A DNA stretch of 64,000 nt, taken from Candidatus Hermodarchaeota archaeon. GTDB taxonomy: Archaea > Asgardarchaeota > Heimdallarchaeia > Hodarchaeales > Hodarchaeaceae. Of this stretch, positions 1 through 9,768 are shown one piece after another (the stretch's first letter is position 1; each line of letters opens with the position of its first letter). The notes below the pieces were generated by a model. The model saw only the letters and a list, made by a program, of their open reading frames with translations, searched no databases and was not told the origin of the DNA. A program made the position numbers and the translations under genes. Location of the stretch: positions 124,565-188,564 of the forward strand of contig JBHLKY010000008.1 in assembly GCA_048886185.1 (NCBI GenBank). Reading direction: 5' to 3'.

Positions 1-313
1 TGAGATCATGTTCATATTTCTCTAATGCAGAATAAGCGGTTTCAATCCCCGATTGATTCATGTATGCCATAAGGAATTGCCAGTCTTCGTTAGGATCAGC
101 TGAGTCATCATCAACCTCAGCACTGCTATCAACTAGATCAGTAATTAGTAGGGGGTCTTTTGGTTTTGGATAGAGATCTACTTCGACTGCAAAGGATGTT
201 TCGCTGAATGAATGCCCTACGAAGTCTGCTGTTGAAGCTCTGGCTGGTGTTGTGAGAATCAGAACAATCAGTAACGTTATTACTGAAATTCCAATCATAA
301 ATTTCTTTTTCAT
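1..313 (-). CDS. Secreted acidic protein, partial (C-terminus outside window). ATG is the reverse complement of 311-313. N-terminus is MKKKFMIGISVITLLIVLILTTPARA followed by an acidic region.
   Basis: Manual reverse-complement translation of 1-313 gives more than 100 codons without a stop and a textbook signal peptide. This ORF is absent from the supplied track, whose 138..326 ORF is a different, low-complexity frame. Confidence 0.5.
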   Translation of the reverse strand, partial: MKKKFMIGISVITLLIVLILTTPARASTADFVGHSFSETSFAVEVDLYPKPKDPLLITDLVDSSAEVDDDSADPNEDWQFLMAYMNQSGIETAYSALEKYEHDL

Positions 314-687
314 ATTTAAAAATCACCTTTAATTGAACCCTCGTCCATGAAACTCATGCCATTTTGCTATGAATTGCATAAGACGTCGAGTACTAAGTCT
401 ATGAACTATACAATTATCATCCTTTAAAAAAATGTGCGAAACAAAAATCCGCCAAAAAAAGAAATAAAGCCATCATAGTTCGTTAAGAATTCTTTTTTAA
501 GCGGTCAACCAGGCTATCTAAGCACTAGAAGATGGATGCACATATTATTTATCGGCAAATAGGTTGTACAGTGGTTTCAAACAAACCCAAGAGGTTATAT
601 GAATATGAAACTTCCTTTAATTTAAATTATGCTTTAACTAGTGAACTTTACTTGAATTACTGGGTTTTCGTGATGATTTTCTTCTCT

Positions 688-2127
688 CTAATTCCTTAAA
701 AAGAAATCTCTACCCCTTTTAACACGTTTTAAGACCATACAGATAATTAATAATCCCAAAATTCCTGAAGCTATTGGAATAGAAGTAATTTCACTCAATT
801 TCGTTTTTTCTGTCGGAAGTGAAGCGTTTTTAACTGCAAATTGCATTAAATGCAAAGAAAACTGAATACCTGACCACTCTTTAACTTGAAACTCTTGCGA
901 ATATCTTGCTGAAATCAAATCTAATCTGGATTTTTCGACCAATTCGTTGGTTCCCATTATAGACACATTAGGATCAGAAATAAATCGTTTCACGCTTTCC
1001 ACAACCATTTCATTTAGTAAAAAGGTTTCTTGTAAAAATAATGGATTATTAGCAAATTTATTTCGCTGATTCAATGAAATTACTTGTGTTTCAACGGGAA
1101 TTAAGGATATTTTCTCAGTACTGTCTTCTTTTTGTATCGCAAAATTCCGACCCTTAACCAAAGCAGAGAATAATTTCTGTTGTTTATAAATTGCTGAAAT
1201 CTCTTCTTTTACAGGAAAAGTACTTTCTGAAAGTCCGATTATGGTCTTGTTCTGGCCATCTACAACTATCTGAAGATTATTCACTGGCTGTGTTCCATTC
1301 AATACACCAATATTTTGAGCTGTAATGAGAGAAAAAGATATCTCAGGGAATAGTTTTAGTCGATCCCGGATATTAGACCCATGATACCAAGAAAATGTTT
1401 CATGAATTGGAATAAAATCCCTAAAATTATCTTGTATTTCGTACTCAAAAGCATTAATCCAAGTCTGATCAGGTGGTAGTTCCTCATTAATAATAAGATT
1501 CATCACATTCCCTATTGTAATTTCAGAGAGAGTTTCCACCCCTGAAGTTCCATAATGATCATATTTTCTTATTATGATTGTGAATATGATTTTTTCAAAC
1601 TGAACTATCATTAAATGATCTGAAAGGTTAACAGCTGATTCAATAAAATCATCAAGGGCGATGCTATTGTTTTGAAAAAGAAAGGTGATGTTAGAAAAGG
1701 TAAGATCAATTTGAAGTTCGTTTGAAGAATCTTGAACCATAATTGAGGTTTTTACTGAAGAATCATAAGTGACATTTTGATTATCTGGAATTAAAAACTC
1801 CAAAAAGTCTGATGGAACATTAGCATATCCATATTGGTAATCTTCAAGATCTAAACTGCTTTCATTTATTTTAAGTGCCATTCCGAGAAAGTCTTGGCTT
1901 AAGATAATATCTTCACCTGAAGGAAGTGAAAACTGGTGTAAATACTTAGAAAATGGAACTACTGATTGCCAACTAATTAAATCGAGTATAATATCTTGAG
2001 TGCGATTTACTCGCTCTAATGCTAAAAATACGGAGTTTATTCCTTCATCCTCATGTCCTACCATATTTATAATATTATTATAATCACTAGCATTGGCTAA
2101 GGAGGTTTGTTTTAATAGATCAGCCAA
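688..2127 (-). CDS. Large extracellular N-glycosylated protein with a C-terminal TM anchor (ASGILGLLIICMVLKRVKRGR). The true N-terminus probably extends upstream to about 2297, with a frameshifted signal peptide.
   Basis: Many N-x-S/T sequons and a C-terminal hydrophobic helix followed by basic residues. The frame stays open upstream as far as the TAA of the preceding gene and encodes a hydrophobic signal-like segment (CLLGISLIFIALGSVLSGVG), but contains no in-frame start codon. Confidence 0.55.
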   Translation of the reverse strand: MADLLKQTSLANASDYNNIINMVGHEDEGINSVFLALERVNRTQDIILDLISWQSVVPFSKYLHQFSLPSGEDIILSQDFLGMALKINESSLDLEDYQYGYANVPSDFLEFLIPDNQNVTYDSSVKTSIMVQDSSNELQIDLTFSNITFLFQNNSIALDDFIESAVNLSDHLMIVQFEKIIFTIIIRKYDHYGTSGVETLSEITIGNVMNLIINEELPPDQTWINAFEYEIQDNFRDFIPIHETFSWYHGSNIRDRLKLFPEISFSLITAQNIGVLNGTQPVNNLQIVVDGQNKTIIGLSESTFPVKEEISAIYKQQKLFSALVKGRNFAIQKEDSTEKISLIPVETQVISLNQRNKFANNPLFLQETFLLNEMVVESVKRFISDPNVSIMGTNELVEKSRLDLISARYSQEFQVKEWSGIQFSLHLMQFAVKNASLPTEKTKLSEITSIPIASGILGLLIICMVLKRVKRGRDFFLRN

Positions 2128-2319
2128 TAGCCGTAATGATTGGTCATTAGGATCATAATCGAATTTAATTCCAAAAAGGTCTTTTTCAAAGTAAGAGTCA
2201 AGTTGAATGAATTGATATTCTGTTCTTCCAACACCTGATAATACACTTCCTAGGGCTATGAAGATTAATGAAATGCCTAATAAACATGTTTTCCATGATA
2301 AATGACTCTGGATTTGTAT

Positions 2320-3831
2320 TTAGGCCCCCTCCAAATGACTTTTTATCCAAGATAACCGCTTTGGACCAATTACATACCTAGATCGCTTTTTTTCTTGAAG
2401 CGAGATAATGATTCCCAATTCAGTCAATCTTTTGATATGATGTTGAACACTAGAGTGATGAACATCAATTTCTTGGGAGATCTTTGACAATGATAATGGC
2501 TTTCTCTTTCTAATTAAGACACGACAGAGTTCTTTAGCAACGTCACTCTTTAATGCTAAGGCAATTTCTGATATATCAACAGATTTTAAACCAACTAAAT
2601 AAAAAATGTGATATTTACCAATTTTCTCGTGTGTTATTAAATGAAAATCGTCTAGTGCCTGCAAATGCCACAGTAAGGAAGAAATACCACACCCCACTTC
2701 TCGCTGGATTTCACGTAAATGAGCTCCTTGTTCCCCCTTCACCTCAAGGTAGTCTACAATCTCACTTCTTAGTTGATTTTCTAGGAGTTCAGTCTCGCTG
2801 ATTCGTCGTCTTTGTGGTGAGTATGTAATATGAGCAATGAACAAAAAAACACTCATAAAAACTCCGACCACGATTTCACGAATCTTAGAAACAACTCCTA
2901 GCTTTATTAGAAGAAAGATGGAAATTAAACCTGTGATCAGCACAAATCCAATTGCTGCTATCTGTTCCATTCCTCCTAGTTGTGGTGACACATTAGTTTC
3001 TGAGGGTAATGTACCTAGTGTCAGCCGTGCAAACTGACCTAATAGCTCAATCATATTTTCAGGTGAATCTAAATCCATTCCAAGTGATTTAAATTTAAGT
3101 TTTTTAACATCTGAAGCCATATCAATAGAAAAACTTCCTACAATTACATGAGTATCTACAGCCCATATTCCTGACTTCATAACTCCCAAGACTGGTTCTT
3201 CTTCAGGTGGGATAATCTCTGCTAACATCTGTGTTTGGTTGTTTACCTCCACCCATGCCGTACTTCCTTTGAAATTAAAGGAGGTTGTACTTAGATTCAA
3301 CAAAGATAATTGTTCTTCAGCTAAATTCAACTCGTGTTCCACATACGATCCATTAAAGGGGTATACTATTGGTGAATAAGCGGTAATTCCTAAATGGGCC
3401 AAATCTTGGAGAGGTGTTTCACTAAAATAGCGATTCAGTACAAACAATCCTCTTCCCATTTGTTTCCATTCATTTAAATCACTGATGAATGTTAAATCAA
3501 TAGATAAAGGGAATTCGTTAATCCACCAGATTGAAACAACGCTTTCATTTTCAAAAATGAATGAAGGATCAGTTTGTATTGTTGTAATATTATAATAGTC
3601 CGCTGCTCTCCCTGTTACTCCCACCATCTCTTGGCTTAACTTTTTATCCGTATCTGATCCGAAAAACACTGCAATTTTGCCTTTTTCAGACTCTTCATTT
3701 CCTATTACTCCCATAACTATAAAATTGCAACTTATTAGAATAATTTCTATTATTAAAATGATTATTGTTACTGTTCGCCTATTAAATTTCAGTTTCGGCC
3801 AGTCCATGAACTCGATACACCAATAATTCAA
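2320..3831 (-). CDS. Membrane-tethered transcriptional regulator. Layout: N-terminal TM, extracellular domain of about 230 aa, TM segment(s), then two C-terminal winged-helix HTH domains (ArsR/TrmB-like).
   Basis: Hydrophobic stretches near residues 20-45 and 290-340. C-terminal region shows wHTH-like segments (LREIQREVGCGISSLLWHLQALDD... and LSKISQEIDVHHSSVQHHIKRLTELGII). Confidence 0.55.
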   Translation of the reverse strand: MNYWCIEFMDWPKLKFNRRTVTIIILIIEIILISCNFIVMGVIGNEESEKGKIAVFFGSDTDKKLSQEMVGVTGRAADYYNITTIQTDPSFIFENESVVSIWWINEFPLSIDLTFISDLNEWKQMGRGLFVLNRYFSETPLQDLAHLGITAYSPIVYPFNGSYVEHELNLAEEQLSLLNLSTTSFNFKGSTAWVEVNNQTQMLAEIIPPEEEPVLGVMKSGIWAVDTHVIVGSFSIDMASDVKKLKFKSLGMDLDSPENMIELLGQFARLTLGTLPSETNVSPQLGGMEQIAAIGFVLITGLISIFLLIKLGVVSKIREIVVGVFMSVFLFIAHITYSPQRRRISETELLENQLRSEIVDYLEVKGEQGAHLREIQREVGCGISSLLWHLQALDDFHLITHEKIGKYHIFYLVGLKSVDISEIALALKSDVAKELCRVLIRKRKPLSLSKISQEIDVHHSSVQHHIKRLTELGIIISLQEKKRSRYVIGPKRLSWIKSHLEGA

Positions 3832-3941
3832 TACCCCTATACAAATAAAAAAAATCTTTCTGAATTAACTTTTCACAATCAAAAAAAAGATAGAAATGGA
3901 AGACTGAGTTTATACTTGAAAATTTAATTTAAATTCAGAGG

Positions 3942-4457
3942 ATGATTTTAATGTCAGATCGACTATTCCACACCTATCTCACCGCCCCTTGGAAAAAGGA
4001 GTATGTTGAGCAAAAAAAAGACCCTCATCAGTGCATATTGTGCGCTATTGCCCAAAAAACAGCAGGAGTAAAATCTTGGGAAGTTTTTAGAGATGATCAG
4101 ATTATGATTTTACTCAATCGTTTCCCTTATAATCCTGGGCATCTTTTGGTTTCCCCTTTGGACCATTATGAACAATATGAAGGAATATCAACAGAATTAG
4201 TCTCTCATCTTGCATTAGTGTTACAAAAATGCATAAAATTATTGAAATTAACTCATCAGACAACAATGTTCAATATTGGTTTAAATCTTGGCGAACTTGC
4301 AGGAGGAAGTGTGAAACATTTACACTGGCACGTTGTACCACGTTACCCTGGGGACCTTAATTTTATGGAGATGTTAGAAACTAGAGTTCTTGTTGAAACA
4401 CTTGAACAAACAATGTATAAGTTGAAACAAAACATTAATGTTTTACAATCAAAATAA
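3942..4457 (+). CDS. HIT-family (histidine triad) nucleotide hydrolase
   Basis: Histidine-triad motif HLHWHVVPR near the C-terminus, about 170 aa. Confidence 0.7.
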   Translation: MILMSDRLFHTYLTAPWKKEYVEQKKDPHQCILCAIAQKTAGVKSWEVFRDDQIMILLNRFPYNPGHLLVSPLDHYEQYEGISTELVSHLALVLQKCIKLLKLTHQTTMFNIGLNLGELAGGSVKHLHWHVVPRYPGDLNFMEMLETRVLVETLEQTMYKLKQNINVLQSK

Positions 4458-4463
4458 ATAATC

Positions 4464-4478
4464 CTATTCTTTTTTTAC
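4464..4478 (+). terminator. T-tract, archaeal-type terminator candidate after the HIT gene
   Basis: Oligo-T run immediately downstream of the stop codon. Confidence 0.3.
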
Positions 4479-4662
4479 AATTATTGTATGAATTTTCAGG
4501 TAATAAAGGGAATTACGAGGATTCAAAATAGATTACTTTTCCAATATGAAGATAATAATATTTCAATATTATGAAAAGTTTAAGTAATATGCTAAATCAT
4601 GTTCTTACTAGTCAAGATTTGACATGATAAAATTTTGAAAAAACATTGGAGATAAAACAACC

Positions 4663-5085
4663 ATGAAAATCCAAAGATTACTAAGAAAGAAACGTGCAGT
4701 CAGCCCTATTTTGGCTGCTATTTTACTGATTGGACTCGCCGTAGCGGCAGGTGCCGTTCTATTCATTGTAGTTTTACCCCTGATTTCTGAACCAGGCGGC
4801 TCGCTAGTATTTGATGAAACAGCGACGAAATTAACCAATAAAACAGCAAAAATAGCGCTTAAAAATGAAAAATTAAGTGAAGCTGCATCAATTACAAATA
4901 TTACAATAATAGGTCCTGATAGAGCCAACTTCGCTTTTGTTGCATTCAGTATCAATGCAGGAAGTGGAAAAGTCAAGGATTATACATTCGATGAGGAATT
5001 ATCAGCTGGAAAATACACAATCACAGTCACATTCGATATTGGAGATGCAACCGATCAAACAATATCAATAGATTTGACTATATGA
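4663..5085 (+). CDS. Archaeal type IV pilin-like protein with a class III signal peptide
   Basis: N-terminus KKRAVSPILAAILLIGLAVAAGAVLF matches the class III signal/DUF1628-type pattern cleaved by the prepilin peptidase PibD/FlaK. Confidence 0.65.
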   Translation: MKIQRLLRKKRAVSPILAAILLIGLAVAAGAVLFIVVLPLISEPGGSLVFDETATKLTNKTAKIALKNEKLSEAASITNITIIGPDRANFAFVAFSINAGSGKVKDYTFDEELSAGKYTITVTFDIGDATDQTISIDLTI

Positions 5086-5095
5086 GTTTAATCTC

Positions 5096-5122
5096 TTCCT
5101 TTCTTCTTTTCTTTTTTCTTTA
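5096..5122 (+). terminator. Pyrimidine/T-rich tract, terminator candidate after the pilin gene
   Basis: ttcttcttttcttttttcttt immediately 3' of the stop. Confidence 0.3.
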
Positions 5123-5224
5123 AACAGACTCATGTCTGGGTTAACATAATATTCTAGCTAATGCAGCTCTTTCTTCATTACCATTTAGAATTCCAGCTAG
5201 AAGATACTGTTTTGTACGGTTCAT

Positions 5225-5701
5225 TCAATTCAATCGTGAATCTTCTGCTTTACTCCGTACATACTTGTTGATAACCATTTTTCCATCTGTTAAGATTCTA
5301 CGCATATTTATACTAAATTTTTTCCAATAATCAATTAATGTCTTTCGCTGTTCAACAGTTTCCACCATTTCAGTATTGAGAAAAAAAGAGATCTGATAAC
5401 CTTCCTCAGGCTCACGAATCACCTTTAAACGTGCTCCCGCATTCCGCCATAATTCGTTTCGTATTCTGTCAAAAATAAATTCTTCTACTGGATCATTAAA
5501 GTGAAGTGTAAGGGAAAGAATTGCAGAGTTTCCCTGTCTTATTAATTGTCCTTCCTCAAAAGTAATAATTTCGCGAGAAACCCATTCACAGCCCTCACAT
5601 TCAGGACAAAGAACACAAATAGGTTCAACTCCAGTTTTATCGCATGATACAGAGCGTAATATCAGATTAGATTCTAACAACGGCAATGAATTCTCAACCA
5701 A
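5225..5701 (-). CDS. Hypothetical Cys-rich (probable Zn-binding) protein, co-oriented with the Roadblock gene
   Basis: CDKTG..CVLCPECEGCEW cysteine cluster. No P-loop. 158 aa. Confidence 0.4.
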   Translation of the reverse strand: MVENSLPLLESNLILRSVSCDKTGVEPICVLCPECEGCEWVSREIITFEEGQLIRQGNSAILSLTLHFNDPVEEFIFDRIRNELWRNAGARLKVIREPEEGYQISFFLNTEMVETVEQRKTLIDYWKKFSINMRRILTDGKMVINKYVRSKAEDSRLN

Positions 5702-5794
5702 TTCAGGGATTATTCAATTGATTGCATTCCCATAACCCTTTATAATAAATCGTGTTGGAGGCTAAGTACTATTGCAGTCTAAATTTGTGTTATG

Positions 5795-6223
5795 TTAAAA
5801 TTCGCGTAATTTGAGCATTTTGGTTTTTGTTGAAGTCAGCAAATAATGCATTAACCCAAGCTTAACTTCTGATTTTGTGATCAGTACAAGAATGGTACTT
5901 CCTACCCTTGAAATTAAACCTAAACCCAGAGGAGTCTGAACATGAATGTAGTCTATTTTATTTCCTAAATTAAGTTGAACACAAGCCCCAGCAAAAGTAC
6001 TGACAATTCCAGCAACCATTGCAGATACTAATGTTTCAACCTCATCAGAAATAGGAGCTGTTCGTGCAGACATTATTGGAAAGCCCTCATCACTTACCAA
6101 CAGTGCTTGCTGAACCCCTTGAACAGCACCAAGTTCATCTAAAACTTTCTGGACTTTTTCTGTTGAGGAGGTCTCACTATCTTTATCAATTGCTATATGA
6201 CTATAGGTTACCATTTTTTTCAC
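5795..6223 (-). CDS. Roadblock/LC7 (MglB-like) domain protein
   Basis: About 120-aa core with the alpha-beta profile of the Roadblock/LC7 fold (LLVSDEGFPIMSA...VSAMVAGIVSTFAGA...LGLISRVGSTILVLIT). Confidence 0.5.
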   Translation of the reverse strand: MKKMVTYSHIAIDKDSETSSTEKVQKVLDELGAVQGVQQALLVSDEGFPIMSARTAPISDEVETLVSAMVAGIVSTFAGACVQLNLGNKIDYIHVQTPLGLGLISRVGSTILVLITKSEVKLGLMHYLLTSTKTKMLKLREF

Positions 6224-6362
6224 TTTAGCAATCGCATCATACTTTTACAAAAATTCAGTGTTTAGTTTATTTTTAAACACCATAATATTGGGAGGTGGAA
6301 ATAAAGAGAAGAATTTATTATGATTTATCTGGGCGAGTCAAATTGACACAGAGGTTTCCAAA

Positions 6363-6545
6363 ATGAGTGAAAACATCCGAATGCAAAGATGTAATCCTTG
6401 TCAAGTTGCTGTCATGCCTAGTCAACATGGAACAACACGTTTTCCATGTCCATCGTGCGGAATGATCCCTATAATTCGTTGTGAGCGGTGTCGAAAGTTG
6501 GGGAATAGATATACCTGTCCTAATTGTGGATTCACTGGACCTTAA
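6363..6545 (+). CDS. Small zinc-ribbon protein with four CxxC pairs
   Basis: CNPCQ...CPSCG...CERC...CPNCG. Sits upstream of the EF-1beta gene, a conserved archaeal pairing. Confidence 0.55.
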   Translation: MSENIRMQRCNPCQVAVMPSQHGTTRFPCPSCGMIPIIRCERCRKLGNRYTCPNCGFTGP

Positions 6546-6609
6546 TATTATTTTATTTGACGTAATAACAAATATCCCAAAATCAACGTTTTTAAGAACT
6601 TCCTGAGGA

Positions 6610-6903
6610 ATGAAAATGGCAAACGTGTTATCGATTTTGAAAGTAATTCCGACTTCCCCCGAAGTAAATCGTGATGAGCTTGTTTCTCGTGCACAAACAG
6701 AAGTAAGAGAAGGTTTAGATTTAGAAATTTTAAAGAAGGAAGAGGAGCCACTTTTTTTTGGATTATATGCAATTAAACTCTTCGTAAAGACAGCTGACTC
6801 TGATGAAGGAACTGAAACACTTCAGAAATTTGAAGATCGCCTTATCGCTTTGGAAGAAGTTGATAATTGCGAAATTGAAGTGCAAACAATAATTGACTAT
6901 TAG
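6610..6903 (+). CDS. Translation elongation factor aEF-1beta
   Basis: About 90 aa, LSILKVIPTSPEVNRDEL...EIEVQTII pattern typical of archaeal EF-1B. Confidence 0.75.
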   Translation: MKMANVLSILKVIPTSPEVNRDELVSRAQTEVREGLDLEILKKEEEPLFFGLYAIKLFVKTADSDEGTETLQKFEDRLIALEEVDNCEIEVQTIIDY

Positions 6904-7055
6904 ATTCATTTGATTAAAGGGGATTGAACTCATTTTTGGGGTTAAACTATTTTTTTTTATTTTCTGTTTTACCAAGTACATTTACCTGGGATTAAAAAGA
7001 AATCAATTTTAAGCAAAGAATAGGATACCTAAATCAGAATTTCGAAAAGAGCAGA

Positions 7056-9263
7056 ATGATACAAAAGTTGAGAAATTTGACAAAAGAAGTTGTATTAAAG
7101 GTTGCTGAGGCAAGACAACGCGATGTTGGACGTGGAAAAATCCGCATGGATGATATCAATATGCGGGAAATTGGTATCACGACTGGTGACGTTGTTGAGA
7201 TTCGGGGCCGACAAAAAACAGGAGCAATAGCTTGGCCTGCCTACATAGAAGATCAAGGGGCAGGTATTGTACGAATGGATGGAATTATTCGAAGAAACGC
7301 GAAAGTCTCATTAGAAGAAAATGTTCGCATCCGCAAGGCTCAGATAAAAGTTGCTAAAACCGTTAATATTGCACCAACTCGTCAAATTTCCCTTGATTAT
7401 GGATTTGAAGCCTTTGTCAAACGCAAACTATTAGGATACCCAGTTTCTAAGAATGATACAGTACTCATCCCTATTCTAGGTAGGTCAATACCATTTGTTG
7501 TGAATTCGACAACCCCTACAGATATTGTACTAATAACTGACACTACCAAACTTAATGTTTCAGAAAAGCCTGTTTCAGAAACTGAAACTGGGATGCCAGG
7601 GGTTAGTTATGAAGATATTGGAGGCTTGTCAGATGCGATTCAACGAATTCGCGAAATGGTTGAGCTACCATTGAAACACCCTGAACTATTCAAAAAATTG
7701 GGAATTGATCCACCAAAAGGAGTTTTATTACACGGTCCGCCTGGAACTGGAAAAACACTCATAGCCAAAGCTGTTGCCAATGAATCTGAGGCACATTTCA
7801 TTCCAATTCAAGGACCTGAGATTATGTCTAAATTTTATGGGGAATCAGAAGCGAGATTACGTGAAATTTTTAAAGAAGCGGAAGATAATGCTCCTAGTAT
7901 CGTTTTCATTGATGAAATCGATGCCATTGCTCCTAAACGAGAAGATGTAACTGGAGAAGTTGAAAGACGCGTCGTTGCACAAATTCTAGCCTTAATGGAT
8001 GGATTAGAAAGTCGAGGAGAGACAATTGTCATTGGAGCGACAAATCGTCCTAATGCAGTAGACCCTGCATTACGTCGTCCAGGTCGTTTTGATCGTGAAA
8101 TAGAAATCGGGGTTCCTGACAAAAATGAGCGTTTGGAAATACTTCAGATTCACACTAGAAGAATGCCAGGAATAGAAGATGTTGATACAGAAAAGCTGGC
8201 AGTAATAACTCATGGATTTGTTGGAGCTGATCTCGCTGCTTTAGGTCGTGAAGCTGCAATGAAGAAGTTGCGAGAAATCTTACCTGAAATCAACTTAAGT
8301 GAGGATACCATCCCACCAACAGTTCTTGATAACCTAAAGGTTGAAGATCGACATTTTGAGGATGCATTAAAAGAGATTCATCCCTCTGCAATTAGAGAGG
8401 TATTTATTGAAGTACCAAATGTGAAATGGGAAAATATAGGGGGTATGGATTCCGTTAAACAAGAATTGATTGAAATTGTCGAGTGGCCGTTAAAACAAAA
8501 GGAAAGTTTCCAACGTTTGGGTATTAACCCTCCCCGAGCTGTTCTTTTATTCGGCGCACCTGGAACAGGAAAGACATTGTTAGCAAAAGCTTTGGCAACA
8601 GAGAGTCACGTGAATTTTATTAGCGTTAAAGGTCCCGAACTCCTTTCAAAATGGGTTGGAGAGAGTGAAAAAGCCGTTAGGGAAGTATTTCGCAAAGCAC
8701 GAACCGCTTCTCCTGCACTTGTCTTCTTCGATGAAATTGATGCCGTTGCTACCCGAAGAGGATCTGGTGACTCATCTGGAGTCAATGAACGTGTAATTAG
8801 TCAGCTTTTAACTGAATTAGCGGGGATAGAACCTTTAAGAGATGTAGTGGTTCTTGCAGCGACAAACCGCCCCGATATGATTGATCCTGCGCTCCTCCGA
8901 CCAGGAAGATTCGATCGAGTTGTTTATATTCCTCCTCCTGACGAGGAAAGTCGGAAATTGATATTAGAGATTCATACAAAGAATATGCCATTAGCTGAAA
9001 ATATTGATCTTAATCGATTAGCTAAAGAGACAGAGTTTTATGTAGGAGCGGATCTTGAAGCCATTTGCCGTGAAGCTGGCATGATAGCTCTTCGAGAAGG
9101 ACTTGATTCTAATATTGTTGAATGGCGTCATTTTGAGGCCTCACTCTCAAGAGTTCATTCGTCGTGCACTCCTGAAATGATGAAATGGTACGAAAATCAA
9201 GAATCCCAGTTCAGACGGAGAATAGCGATTGGTACACAGCCCACAGTACCCCTATTTGGATAA
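7056..9263 (+). CDS. cdc48: CDC48/VCP-type AAA+ ATPase (N-domain plus two AAA modules)
   Basis: Two Walker A motifs (GPPGTGKT and GAPGTGKT), two second-regions-of-homology ([20 protein letters not shown] and [20 protein letters not shown]). 735 aa. Confidence 0.9.
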   Translation: MIQKLRNLTKEVVLKVAEARQRDVGRGKIRMDDINMREIGITTGDVVEIRGRQKTGAIAWPAYIEDQGAGIVRMDGIIRRNAKVSLEENVRIRKAQIKVAKTVNIAPTRQISLDYGFEAFVKRKLLGYPVSKNDTVLIPILGRSIPFVVNSTTPTDIVLITDTTKLNVSEKPVSETETGMPGVSYEDIGGLSDAIQRIREMVELPLKHPELFKKLGIDPPKGVLLHGPPGTGKTLIAKAVANESEAHFIPIQGPEIMSKFYGESEARLREIFKEAEDNAPSIVFIDEIDAIAPKREDVTGEVERRVVAQILALMDGLESRGETIVIGATNRPNAVDPALRRPGRFDREIEIGVPDKNERLEILQIHTRRMPGIEDVDTEKLAVITHGFVGADLAALGREAAMKKLREILPEINLSEDTIPPTVLDNLKVEDRHFEDALKEIHPSAIREVFIEVPNVKWENIGGMDSVKQELIEIVEWPLKQKESFQRLGINPPRAVLLFGAPGTGKTLLAKALATESHVNFISVKGPELLSKWVGESEKAVREVFRKARTASPALVFFDEIDAVATRRGSGDSSGVNERVISQLLTELAGIEPLRDVVVLAATNRPDMIDPALLRPGRFDRVVYIPPPDEESRKLILEIHTKNMPLAENIDLNRLAKETEFYVGADLEAICREAGMIALREGLDSNIVEWRHFEASLSRVHSSCTPEMMKWYENQESQFRRRIAIGTQPTVPLFG

Positions 9264-9488
9264 CACTATCATATTATTCCTGTAAGTAAAATCTTGAATA
9301 CAATTAGAAGAACATCATAAAAAGTAACAAAAAATTCATTAATAGAAGCAATAAGAATTTTATAGTGTTTTTACTATTTATAGCACCCTAGAAACTGCTG
9401 AAATACTCTCCTAATCGATCCATGATGCAAATAATTGCTAACTTCAGTCTTTATAACTCTCTTATAAAATTCCACTAGGTAAAAGAAG

Positions 9489-9761
9489 ATGACAGTAAAT
9501 AAACATCCATATTGGAGACCGTTTCCTTTAACTTTTTCAATTATGAATATTGTTGAACGTCGTGAGGGAGTATTATTAGAGGATGACCTAATTCGCTTAT
9601 TAAAAAATGATGTAGGAGAATTTTCAGATCGTGAATTGAACCAAGCTCTGATGAAATTAGAGATAAAAGGTTTATTGCATATTCAGTCAATAAAAAAGAA
9701 TCAAAGGATGATCAAAAGAGTTGACAAAGATCAGAAATTTCTTGCAGTTGGTGAGGATTAA
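9489..9761 (+). CDS. Small hypothetical protein, possibly winged-helix; likely starts at the internal Met (MNIVERREG...)
   Basis: ORF only. Confidence 0.3.
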   Translation: MTVNKHPYWRPFPLTFSIMNIVERREGVLLEDDLIRLLKNDVGEFSDRELNQALMKLEIKGLLHIQSIKKNQRMIKRVDKDQKFLAVGED

Positions 9762-9768
9762 ATCCTTA

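Noticed and set aside
138-326. Track ORF of 62 aa on the minus strand
   Set aside because: Low-complexity translation in a different frame from the convincing signal-peptide ORF 1-313; it starts at a GTG.
2553-3037. Two plus-strand ORFs (82 and 66 aa) inside the regulator gene
   Set aside because: Antisense to a long coherent CDS. No motifs.
4608-4976. 122-aa minus-strand ORF overlapping the pilin gene
   Set aside because: Antisense shadow ORF mirroring the hydrophobic pilin.
7835-8991. Antisense ORFs within CDC48 (95 and 64 aa)
   Set aside because: Lie inside a strongly supported AAA gene. Compositional artefacts.
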